Of a stretch of DNA of 64,000 bases, positions 1 to 11,889 are shown piece after piece. The position numbers and the translations under genes are program-made. Origin of the DNA: Albugo candida (Eukaryota). Every line of letters begins with the position of its first letter. Within the stretch, counting starts at the first letter, position 1. The stretch lies in the NCBI GenBank assembly GCA_040437565.1, contig JBDOQK010000002.1:248001-312000 (forward strand), read 5' to 3'. The notes beneath the pieces are model-generated. The model was not told the DNA's origin. It did no database searches and saw only the letters and a program-made list of their open reading frames with translations.

Positions 1-2160
1 GAGAGAGCACTATGCTCGTTCCTTTTGAAATTCAATCCTCAGCCACCCGCAGACAAAAGAATGCGCTAGCACTACCAGGAAGTGTAGACGACGAAGGAAC
101 ACATACTTTATCGCAATATTTCGAAGTACTTCTTCGCATTCTCTCGAGTACACACTACCGCATCAACAGCATCGAATTGTCACCCAGAAGGAATGTTTCG
201 CCTTGTACCGTTCAGATATGGGGACACATGCAAGGATGGGGTCATTCTATCTACATGAGTAAGCCCGCACAAGAAGAGATGGAGTTCACATGCTTGGGGT
301 TTTGCTTCTGCCTTCTTTTATTGCTTCCCTCCTCTCATATCCGTCTTACATAGTCAGCTACCATGGAGTCGGCACACTTTTGGCAGGAAGAAACTTGCGG
401 TGATTTCACAGCAGTATAGTCGAATTAAACTCGTGGTTCTTTGTGAAGGATCGTGCATTTCGTCCACTTTTGATGTACGTCGTTCATGTGATGTATCATC
501 AGTGCTCATGGCCCAAGTATAGGAAGCTTTCGACGAGGTTTTACTCCATGGATCATGTGGAAGGATCGACACAGAATCAGAGTGTATTGGTCGGGACGAT
601 GATTTCCCATCATTTGGCGAAAGCGATTCGCTCGAACCAGCGCACATCAATGTGCGATCCCCACACTCCGCCATTTCTGTACGCCAAGCATCCAGTGATG
701 TCTCCAGCAAAGCACGCTCGACCAGATCAAATTCAGGCACCAAACTCACCATTTTCGAGATCGCCTTAAGCCAAGTACTCGCGTCCCAGGAAAGACGAAA
801 TCACATGCTTCGGACGGCATTCAGCGATGAAGAATTAAATACACTCGTTCCAATCCGAATGGAATCACAGAGAGCTCTCATTGTTACTGCTAGAATCAAA
901 ATCATAATGTTCGCATTCGGTGCGTCTTTTACGTATCATTTACTCTCCCAGGAATTCTTCGGCATGGCAATATGTATTGAGCTCGTAGAACGTCTCACCC
1001 TGCTCACTACCAATGAATGTGGTGCTGAGTTCACATTGGAAAGTGTGACGGCACTTGTCTCCGAAACATTGGAAACTTTAGCGCTCCATAGCCCGACCAG
1101 TGATCCATCCGGCTACGATGCGGTCTTCAAATCGTGCATGCATCTCTTGTGCACAATGTATCAAGTCAGCACCGAGGAGAATGCGAGTTTGGGAATACTT
1201 CAGGCAACGCCTTCAGGTCCACTAACTGTGGCTTTGAGAAAAGTGTTGGAGGGCACGATTGTGCTGGAATGGGCCTGGAATTCTCTTACAAACGCTGTTT
1301 CGATTGGAAGGAATGTGGATATCACCATTCACGTCGAATTTTACAAATTTGTCAGAATACTTTTACAGCAAAGTCATACGCGAAACCTTTTGGCCCAAGT
1401 ACTGCTTCCTCAGGACGATAGAGTCTTATCTCAAAGCTCAGAACGAGGTCTTTTGCGTATGTATGCGGTGTGGCTAGACTGCACCTGCATCGCGTCGTAT
1501 GATTTGAGACCCATCTTAGCTCCCATTTCTGCCTTCTGTCGGCGGATTGCCAAGGATACCCAAAAGAACGCGTCTCTGCGCTCACTAGCACACCACTGCT
1601 ACTCTGCCGCATGTACGAACATGGACAACTACAAGCACCTTTTTCTGTCAAAGAAGCCTTTGCACGTGTTCCATTCCCCGCTATATGCTGTCCTGCCATT
1701 CAAATCCGAAGAAATGAAAGCGTTTACGATGCAATTGAGAAATGTCGATGACAAAGCGAGTGATTTATATCAGTACACATTCACTGCAGAGAGTATGAAT
1801 CATTGCGATTTCTCAAACAGTGGAGGAATCGAAGTGTTTAAGAAGAAAAACATCCAATTCAGAGGAAGTATCCATCATCGCGACCTCAACATTTTGAATG
1901 AAGTGAAGAGAGACGATTGTTCTTATTCCTCGACGCTCAGTGAGCCACGTTCGACGATTGAAAGGATGGAACTTGATACGCAGATGCAAGAGAGCACAAA
2001 GACACTCCAAAGAAATAGAGAAGAAATGCATCCAAGGTCTACTTCATCGCTGAAGGGCGTTGGGAAATGCGAAGACGACACATCCGCTACTTCCTCACAA
2101 TTTATGCTGGATATACCAACAAAACCGCACAAGAAGAAAGAAAACTGCTGCACACAGTAG
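1..2160 (+). CDS. 3' part of a multi-exon hypothetical protein (5' end probably outside window); C-terminal polybasic + CaaX-like tail
   Basis: 502-aa ORF 652-2160 extends upstream in frame across a GTACGT...TAG intron (~475-522). A further ORF lies at 12-353. Protein ends KPHKKKENCCTQ*. Confidence 0.6.
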
Positions 2161-2510
2161 CCGACCGCCTTTGAATGCATCCATATGCATTTACAGTGCA
2201 TCAGTGACTCGCCTCTTCTTCTCCAAGACTTGATCCTGCCAGCAATTAGAAGTCGCATACTTTCTGCCGTATCGTGCATAGATGGTTGTACATTGTCATT
2301 CATAAGAGTTCATAAGTCCTCGGCGCTTTCCTAACGAGTACTTGCAAGACGGCTTCCGATAATGACCACGTGCGTGTGCACTTGTGCCACTAAGAGGATG
2401 ATCCGCGCCCAGAGTGTCATGTTGTTCACTGGTTAGTAGGTGTCGAGTTGCTTGCTAACGATTCTGCGATCATTAGCCGTGTAGGTAAAATGAAGCATAC
2501 CGCCATCAAA

Positions 2511-3041
2511 TTATGTCAAACGTTGCCCAGCACCACGCGACTTCCCTTCCGAGGACATTGAAGAAAATGTTGGAATATTTGCTACACTCCACGCCTTGGG
2601 ATACGTGACCCCGTTCCTGGCTGAAGGAGTGGTGCTCATCTCCCGAAACGCTTTGATATCAGGTACACCGCCCACAGCGATCTGATTTTGTTGTATAATA
2701 AGAAAAAAGAGATCTAGCGCTGGAATGCATCGCTTCATCAAGGGATCCAGTGACTTGTTTGAGACAAGCACGACCGTTCTATATAATGTTCCTTTCTTAT
2801 ATTGCTTTGTCCCCGTACATTCAAGCAGAATGGGTGAACTAAATCGTGTATCCTTACTTGTTTGAGTAAACAAGACAAAGCACTTGTTGCGTTCGCAAGA
2901 TGAACTTGTCAAAAATACGTGCCAAGCAAAAAGTCCGATATTGGCGAAACTCGGACACATTATAAAAAATGTCGCTTTCAGGCGGTGACGGAGAAGTTCT
3001 GATAATAAAACATGTCTTTGCTTCAATCGGAGAAATTTCAT
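2511..3041 (-). CDS. Hypothetical protein, possibly secreted (alternative start ATG 2960)
   Basis: 176-aa ORF. From Met28, MCPSFANIGLFAWHVFLTSSSC resembles a signal peptide. Partial duplicate at 5076-5488. Confidence 0.4.
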   Translation of the reverse strand: MKFLRLKQRHVLLSELLRHRLKATFFIMCPSFANIGLFAWHVFLTSSSCERNKCFVLFTQTSKDTRFSSPILLECTGTKQYKKGTLYRTVVLVSNKSLDPLMKRCIPALDLFFLIIQQNQIAVGGVPDIKAFREMSTTPSARNGVTYPKAWSVANIPTFSSMSSEGKSRGAGQRLT

Positions 3042-3098
3042 CGCGTGCGGTGGAGACGAGTATGAATGTGAATGACAGGCATCAAGAAATGATATATT

Positions 3099-3605
3099 TT
3101 AAGGCTTACGACAGCGATCCAATTTCAAAGATAGCAAATAAAGAGTAACGAGTTGAGCGTTTCTCGGAGATGAATGCGGAGATGAATTTATGTATACAAT
3201 GAGTTCCTTGGGTATCTTGTTCTTAATGTAGCTAGTAACATCTTGTTCGTAAGTCGTAGTTGCGGAGTTTATAATGGGGTGAGCTCTTCTGAGATGGATA
3301 TAAGGATCCAGAATAGTTTTGAGGCCAGAGTTTTGGGAAAATAATGAACGTGGGTCCAAATTGTTCACCTGCTTGAGAACTTTATCATGGTATGCAGCCA
3401 CTCGATCCTTACAGTACGTTTCTTTCTTGTGTTCGACGCACACTTTTTTGAAGTCTACCAGAAGGTCTGGCAAAAGCTGTATGTCACAGGCTTTTTTACC
3501 ATTCAAATGTATTTTCGCGCTACTACGTTGACGTATTTTCTCCACTTTCAAAGAGACAGCAGTGGGGGTGAGAAGTCCAGCAACCAGCAACTTGAGAGAG
3601 ACTAT
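3099..3605 (-). pseudogene. Secreted-protein-like ORF with ATA in place of the start codon
   Basis: Open frame (I)VSLKLLVAGLLTPTAVS-LKVEK... with no Met anywhere. In-frame TAA at 3612-3614. Duplicate at 5546-6052. Confidence 0.45.
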
Positions 3606-3623
3606 ATGTGTTTAGAATAGCTG

Positions 3624-3639
3624 GGAAATTGGAATATGA
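3624..3639 (-). promoter_or_regulatory. Oomycete INR+FPR-like core promoter element
   Basis: Minus strand TCATATTCCAATTTCC matches the YCAYTYY-N-CAWTTTNC type consensus with one mismatch, ~20-35 nt upstream of the ORF. Confidence 0.45.
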
Positions 3640-6600
3640 AAATTGAAGACTTGGAAATCTTCGAGGTTTGTTTATAGCATTGGACTCCTATACACTACAA
3701 GTGGACTGCACCTACACCTTCAAAACATCTGTACACATGAGTCATGCTAATTAAGGGTACAAATCGCTTAAATCAGCAAGACTTTGCTTATTCTTGTGTA
3801 AAAGCTGGCTGCTGTGCACGTGTCTTGTTTCGAAGGTTTTAGTGGGTGAATCTGAGATAATGCGCTTGTCTCGCGAGAAAGAACGCAAACTCGTGCTCAA
3901 AGCGAATCATAGCTCTTGATAGTCCTGTAGGCGCCTGTATCTCAAATATTACGTCATCGCCAAGGTACACGTGTTTCCACATCATCCCGTTTATGCCAAT
4001 GTTTGTCATACTGAGCTAATAAAACAACCCTACAAAAGCGGGTCACTAATAGAACCACCAGTCCTGCCTTACAATGGCGTGCTCGATGGTGCGTCACCAT
4101 TTGCTGGTGCGCCGGTGGCATCAAGTCAGTACAGTCACCGATTTTATTATTGCACACATATTACTCCTTTGTCATTCGACTTGACTGGCTTCCATACGTG
4201 CATGGAACTTTTTTGCAAAGTCGGAAATCCTTCGATTCCGAGTCACGCAATGATTATTTCTAGCAATCGTAAAATTCGAGGCAAAAGTACGTGCCAGCAT
4301 CCCATTTGGGCGTGCCGTTCGAATATACTTCCAATCCGGCGGTGTCGCTGTTCATCACAAAGCGCTAGTTCATCTTTCGAGAGCCTCCCAAGTCGCATCG
4401 AAATCGATTCGTCTCGTCAAAACATCAGGAATTAGGTCACGTGAGTCGATGCATCCCTTTGATCTCAGTACGTTAGCAAGAGAGTGAATTAGCCACTGTA
4501 TAGCGTCATTATTCATCGAATTACGACATTTGTTTTGCTACGAATGAAAGGGTAGCTACGATCATATAATGCGCTGCGATGATCGCTCGTGTATGCGCTG
4601 TAATCTCTCTTGCTAGTAGCTCCTTCTATTCGTTCGATATAGCTTTTCGAAGTCATCCTGTTGTGACTTTGTACGCTGATTACCCAAAGGCTATCTTGTT
4701 CGAATGAAGTCTGTTAAGCGAAAACCTGTGCCACCAAATCAGCATTTGTCGCGTTGGCGGGTAGTTGCTACTCTTACTGAGCCGTAACAAGCATTTGTCG
4801 TATGAAGTCTACTTTTCCGCAACTTTCGTAAGTGCTTTTCTTGTCACATTGTTGACTCAGACACGTCCATATTCCTCATTCCAACTCCATAAATGCCAAT
4901 TTGCATAACCAAATCGTCAAAACATTTTGTCGAATTTCCATAGCGTTCGGACCCAGCCAGCTTCATTCGCCTTGGNNNNNNNNNNNNNNNNNNNNNNNNN
5001 NNNNNNNNNNNNNNNNNNNNNNNNNNNNNNNNNNNNNNNNNNNNNNNNNNNNNNNNNNNNNNNNNNNNNNNNNNNGTGGTGCTCATCTCCCGAAACGCTT
5101 TGATATCAGGTACACCGCCCACAGCGATCTGATTTTGTTGTATAATAAGAAAAAAGAGATCTAGCGCTGGAATGCATCGCTTCATCAAGGGATCCAGTGA
5201 CTTGTTTGAGACAAGCACGACCGTTCTATATAATGTTCCTTTCTTATATTGCTTTGTCCCCGTACATTCAAGCAGAATGGGTGAACTAAATCGTGTATCC
5301 TTACTTGTTTGAGTAAACAAGACAAAGCACTTGTTGCGTTCGCAAGATGAACTTGTCAAAAATACGTGCCAAGCAAAAAGTCCGATATTGGCGAAACTCG
5401 GACACATTATAAAAAATGTCGCTTTCAGGCGGTGACGGAGAAGTTCTGATAATAAAACATGTCTTTGCTTCAATCGGAGAAATTTCATCGCGTGCGGTGG
5501 AGACGAGTATGAATGTGAATGACAGGCATCAAGAAATGATATATTTTAAGGCTTACGACAGCGATCCAATTTCAAAGATAGCAAATAAAGAGTAACGAGT
5601 TGAGCGTTTCTCGGAGATGAATGCGGAGATGAATTTATGTATACAATGAGTTCCTTGGGTATCTTGTTCTTAATGTAGCTAGTAACATCTTGTTCGTAAG
5701 TCGTAGTTGCGGAGTTTATAATGGGGTGAGCTCTTCTGAGATGGATATAAGGATCCAGAATAGTTTTGAGGCCAGAGTTTTGGGAAAATAATGAACGTGG
5801 GTCCAAATTGTTCACCTGCTTGAGAACTTTATCATGGTATGCAGCCACTCGATCCTTACAGTACGTTTCTTTCTTGTGTTCGACGCACACTTTTTTGAAG
5901 TCTACCAGAAGGTCTGGCAAAAGCTGTATGTCACAGGCTTTTTTACCATTCAAATGTATTTTCGCGCTACTACGTTGACGTATTTTCTCCACTTTCAAAG
6001 AGACAGCAGTGGGGGTGAGAAGTCCAGCAACCAGCAACTTGAGAGAGACTATATGTGTTTAGAATAGCTGGGAAATTGGAATATGAAAATTGAAGACTTG
6101 GAAATCTTCGAGGTTTGTTTATAGCATTGGACTCCTATACACTACAAGTGGACTGCACCTACACCTTCAAAACATCTGTACACATGAGTCATGCTAATTA
6201 AGGGTACAAATCGCTTAAATCAGCAAGACTTTGCTTATTCTTGTGTAAAAGCTGGCTGCTGTGCACGTGTCTTGTTTCGAAGGTTTTAGTGGGTGAATCT
6301 GAGATAATGCGCTTGTCTCGCGAGAAAGAACGCAAACTCGTGCTCAAAGCGAATCATAGCTCTTGATAGTCCTGTAGGCGCCTGTATCTCAAATATTACG
6401 TCATCGCCAAGGTACACGTGTTTCCACATCATCCCGTTTATGCCAATGTTTGTCATACTGAGCTAATAAAACAACCCTACAAAAGCGGGTCACTAATAGA
6501 ACCACCAGTCCTGCCTTACAATGGCGTGCTCGATGGTGCGTCACCATTTGCTGGTGCGCCGGTGGCATCAAGTCAGTACAGTCACCGATTTTATTATTGC

Positions 6601-7529
6601 ACACATATTACTCCTTTGTCATTCGACTTGACTGGCTTCCATACGTGCATGGAACTTTTTTGCAAAGTCGGAAATCCTTCGATTCCGAGTCACGCAATGA
6701 TTATTTCTAGCAATCGTAAAATTCGAGGCAAAAGTACGTGCCAGCATCCCATTTGGGCGTGCCGTTCGAATATACTTCCAATCCGGCGGTGTCGCTGTTC
6801 ATCACAAAGCGCTAGTTCATCTTTCGAGAGCCTCCCAAGTCGCATCGAAATCGATTCGTCTCGTCAAAACATCAGGAATTAGGTCACGTGAGTCGATGCA
6901 TCCCTTTGATCTCAGTACGTTAGCAAGAGAGTGAATTAGCCACTGTATAGCGTCATTATTCATCGAATTACGACATTTGTTTTGCTACGAATGAAAGGGT
7001 AGCTACGATCATATAATGCGCTGCGATGATCGCTCGTGTATGCGCTGTAATCTCTCTTGCTAGTAGCTCCTTCTATTCGTTCGATATAGCTTTTCGAAGT
7101 CATCCTGTTGTGACTTTGTACGCTGATTACCCAAAGGCTATCTTGTTCGAATGAAGTCTGTTAAGCGAAAACCTGTGCCACCAAATCAGCATTTGTCGCG
7201 TTGGCGGGTAGTTGCTACTCTTACTGAGCCGTAACAAGCATTTGTCGTATGAAGTCTACTTTTCCGCAACTTTCGTAAGTGCTTTTCTTGTCACATTGTT
7301 GACTCAGACACGTCCATATTCCTCATTCCAACTCCATAAATGCCAATTTGCATAACCAAATCGTCAAAACATTTTGTCGAATTTCCATAGCGTTCGGACC
7401 CAGCCAGCTTCATTCGCCTTGGTTCTGACTTCAATGGCGCCTCGAATGAACAGAATGTGCAGCAGTCCGACTTGAGCTCGTCATCCGGGCAACAATCAAT
7501 GAATTCGATGCCTTGGGACGCCATATTCC

Positions 7530-10500
7530 TTAGAAAAATCTCTTGGAACTTGGAGCTTGGATCTTGTCACTTTTTTGATTTCCATTATATAGCGGTTTGT
7601 TCCACGATCCCAATCCGACATGAGAACCACTCTTGACACTAAGAGGAACACGACTGCTTCCTGATTTCTCAAGCAGTGGCTTCCTTACGCGTAATGCTTC
7701 ATTTCCAACTTTCTTTTCTTCCTTGACATAATTCTCTTTTCCAGAAATTGAAATGGTATCCCGATGTCGTTTCTCTTGCTGATTTGAAGTCAGAGACGCG
7801 ACTAGTGCTTCATGCTCTTCATCCATAATATTTTTTCTTTTCTGAAGTCGAAGCTTCATCTCAGGACGATTATGACATTTGAGAGCATGACACGAGCAGT
7901 CATTTCCGCAGTCTTGTTTATTTGCGCGACATGCACACAATTTTGTCGCACACTTTCCATTGCACTGACAGCAGTCAGGTTTGGACTCGGAGCCATGCAG
8001 TAAAAGCCGATCGATCTCTTCCATGCTGTCTCTGGGACCAGCCGATGCTTTTTCGAGACACGTGACTGAATCAGCTCGAGAGTTCTTCTCAATACGCTTC
8101 CGATGCTTCACCTCTCTCTTTTGCTCTTCACCTTCAACATAATCAGAGTCGTCACCACTCGATATTTCTGATAGCGAGTCTTCGAGCCCGTCGTCACTGA
8201 GAATTTCATACGTTTTTGCTTTCTGCGGTCCTTTTGTCGATTTCTTCAATTCCGATTGAGACTCTTTTACTTCGTTCGCTTGCATCGTCTCGTTACTGGG
8301 AGCTATCGTCTTGGTATGTGCATGATCACGGAGATGGTCAAGATCTTCCAAAGCTTGAACGAGTCTTTCTTCCGTCTCACGTAGATCTTCCTTACACGAC
8401 TTCAGCTCACGATTCGTAGCTTTACCACCGATTGCTTCTTCCATAAGAGATTTGATGATAAAATGACACATTTGTTCTTTCGCAGGGAACAGTTCATCGG
8501 GAATTGGGTTGTGTTTTTCCACAGTAGCGACTTTGGCTTGTAGCGTTCGTATGAGTTCATTCTTCTCGCGAAGAAGACGCTTCCATGTTTCGAGAGACTT
8601 CAAATCCTCAGTGCTTGCACATCCCGATTTCTCGACTCGCGCTATTTTCAAGGCCAGTTCCTTCCGTTCGTCCTGATAAGTCCGAATAGCATTGAGTGCT
8701 CCCAGCAGAGTGATTTGTACGTCGAGGGTTTCATGAACTAGGCTACTTACCGATAGGGGAACTGGGGACGCCATCGCTTCAGAGGCTGAACGAAGTGCGA
8801 GTTTCGAAGTGGATAATGCGCTTTTGGACTTCTCTAAAGTCGAAGACGTGTGCATCATGCGCATTCGCTTATTGGCAGCAGCAACTTCTTCAGTCTTCCG
8901 TTTCAAAACAGTATTCTGCTTAGCATGCAGTTCCGACAATTTCTGTAATTCGTACTGCTTTCGCTCTTCCTGACGTTTTAGACGAAGTATCTGCAGTTGT
9001 TGCTGGCGATTTTCTTTCCGATGACGTTCGGATTCTTCCTTCGATTGACGCTGTAAATTCGCCTTTTGTTTTTTCATCGAAGATACTTCGTTCTCTAATG
9101 TTGTGATTTTCAATGTACCATTCTTGAGCTGTAAAGTGAGTCTTTTGCACTCCCGTTCGGCACCACGGGCAATGCCAACTTGCTGCTGAAGACTTTTCAG
9201 CTGTTCGTGTAATCTTGAGGAGCTCATGGTCGAGTTGGCTTTACTACGAATGGCTGTTGCAAGTTTCTTTTTATCTTTCGTAAGCGCATCTATCTCTTCC
9301 TCCAGTTGAATGATCTTCTGCGAGTAAGATGATGTCAAAGCGAGTAATTTGGCCTCCAATGGTTCGTCCGCAACATGCTTCTCCTCACTTGTATTGGTCA
9401 AAGTAGAATGACTCAGTAACTCCAGTATCTTCTCCCGCTCTGTTATTTCTTGCGACAACAAGTGTAAATCTGATTGTAACTTTTGCGTCGACCCGTCAGT
9501 TATTTCATCGGAGCCAGCTTCTGTCTCCTTTATAATAGTAAGACTCGGCAGCGTTAGTTCGAATTCCATCGCTTCTTCCATTAATTTTGATTTGTCGGAT
9601 GCTTGGGTGGTGTCTTCCGCGGAGGATAGCTCTTGAGCAGCGCGTTTCCACTTCTCTTTGGCAGCCTCAAGAATACGTAGCTCTTCATCTTTTATTAGCA
9701 GTAATTCGTTCAGCCTTTTGACTTGTTCGGAATTGAAGATGGAGCCAATTTCAGGATGCGAGAGCTCCGACGTCGATATTCCGGCGGAACTAAAGCTGGA
9801 CTTTTGTTGTTGCAGTAATTGGAGCTGTAATAGTTCCACCTGCATACGTAAGCTCACAATCTCATTCGATGGATTTATTTCACAGTTTGCAACAGCTTGA
9901 TTTTGGATCTTTCGTGCACGAGCCGCGTACCTAAGCGTGCTGGATATCTCATCATAATTCACGTCTGCAGGGCTCACACAAGCAATCATAAGTGTTTTGC
10001 TGTTTCCACCAAGACTATCTTGCAGCAGTCGAGTAAGCTTGGAGTCACGATACGGAACATGTACCATCGACACTGAGCCATTCGCGGCATTCTCCTGTGC
10101 GTGGGAACTTCGCTCACGTTCACATAGAGCATTTATAACGTTGCCCAGAGCCAAAAGTCCTTTATTGATATTAACACCTTCTTTGAACCGCAAACCTTCA
10201 GCGTTGGTGCGTTTTGCACGTTCAGAGCCTGCTAAATCGACCAGATGGAATTTTGAGTATCGATTTTCCACATTACCAGTTTCATCATCTTTATAGCACT
10301 GTTCCATTGTGAGTGTACAGATAGCATGAGATCGACTGGAGGTGGCATTCATACTGGTGGAAGCAGTCTTGCGGTTTAATGTACCACATTGTAAGAACTC
10401 TGCCACTTGTTCGAGTGACTCCACTGTGTGTTCCGACAATCCCGGGATACAAATACCTCTTTTCCCATCATCACGAATGGAAAGATTCGTACTAGTAGAC

Positions 10501-11727
10501 ACTACCAGTAAATCGTGTATCTCTTCGTTCAGTACTTCCAAGTACGAGATCNNNNNNNNNNNNNNNNNNNNNNNNNNNNNNNNNNNNNNNNNNNNNNNNN
10601 NNNNNNNNNNNNNNNNNNNNNNNNNNNNNNNNNNNNNNNNNNNNNNNNNNNATGAGATCGACTGGAGGTGGCATTCATACTGGTGGAAGCAGTCTTGCGG
10701 TTTAATGTACCACATTGTAAGAACTCTGCCACTTGTTCGAGTGACTCCACTGTGTGTTCCGACAATCCCGGGATACAAATACCTCTTTTCCCATCATCAC
10801 GAATGGAAAGATTCGTACTAGTAGACACTACCAGTAAATCGTGTATCTCTTCGTTCAGTACTTCCAAGTACGAGATCTTCAGTGAGACATCTCCACTCGT
10901 TTGCCGCATCCGATCGAATATCTATCACATCGCTTGTCAATTCACAGATGAATTTGACTCCAGAAAACACTCACATCTTCCATACAGCGAGGAATAATTC
11001 CACGGTTTTGAGGTTTCAGACTCAGTTTGAATTCATTTCCCATTGTGTACCTATCGCAATGCGTTATGAGAATTTTTGTTCAATTAATTTATCAATACAT
11101 ACGTCTTGCCCGAGCCTGTCTGTCCATATGCAAAAACAGTCGCATTGTATCCATCAAAGAAGCGATCGAGCAGAGGAGGAATCAGTTGCGTGTAGATGTC
11201 CTCCTGGNNNNNNNNNNNNNNNNNNNNNNNNNNNNNNNNNNNNNNNNNNNNNNNNNNNNNNNNNNNNNNNNNNNNNNNNNNNNNNNNNNNNNNNNNNNNN
11301 NNNNNNNCAGCGAGGAATAATTCCACGGTTTTGAGGTTTCAGACTCAGTTTGAATTCATTTCCCATTGTGTACCTATCGCAATGCGTTATGAGAATTTTT
11401 GTTCAATCAATTTATCAATACATACGTCTTGCCCGAGCCTGTCTGTCCATACGCAAAAACAGTCGCATTGTATCCATCAAAGAAGCGATCGAGTAGAGGA
11501 GGAATCAGTTGCGTGTAGATGTCCTCCTGGCTGCTCTCAGGTGGATACACAGCGTCGAAATCAAATTCTTTATCTTGCTGTAAGCCGACTCGAATACGAG
11601 TGCTTTGTAATTGAAGACAATTCTCATTCGCATGCGCGATTTCGGTGCTGCTCAAAGGTCGGACGCGCACAGCGACTTTCACTGCGCTTTCAGAGAATCT
11701 TTGATTTTGCACACATCTTTCCGCCAT
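7530..11727 (-). CDS. KIF4: Kinesin-4 (KIF4/chromokinesin-like) with C-terminal CXC domain; interrupted by introns, gaps and duplicated flanks
   Basis: [36 protein letters not shown] and [20 protein letters not shown] motifs, long coiled coil, and [39 protein letters not shown] at 11727. Confidence 0.93.
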
Positions 11728-11889
11728 TTCGTAAGGAAAAGTGCTGCCACTACGCGGGNNNNNNNNNNNNNNNNNNNNNNNNNNNNNNNNNNNNNNNNNN
11801 NNNNNNNNNNNNNNNNNNNNNNNNNNNNNNNNNNNNNNNNNNNNNNNNNNNNNNNNNNCTATCCTTAACGTTGCACGTGAAGAAGGCAT

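Larger units (their letters stand above)
2629..7422. repeat. 2347-bp direct duplication flanking an N gap (2629-4975 = 5076-7422), probably unmerged contig overlap
   Basis: Copies are offset by 2447 bp, give identical ORF translations and abut a 100-N gap exactly. The same pattern recurs at most gaps. Confidence 0.85.

Noticed and set aside
2629-7422. Tandem duplication of effector-like genes
   Set aside because: The copies appear identical and abut a 100-N gap, as at most other gaps. Unmerged overlap is more likely, and read depth would decide.
7291-7524. 77-aa Cys-rich ORF starting 5 bp after the kinesin stop, with an AGGA Shine-Dalgarno-like spacer
   Set aside because: The context is eukaryotic and there is no recognisable domain. 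Splice-like signals nearby (GTAAGT ~7275) are on the opposite strand.
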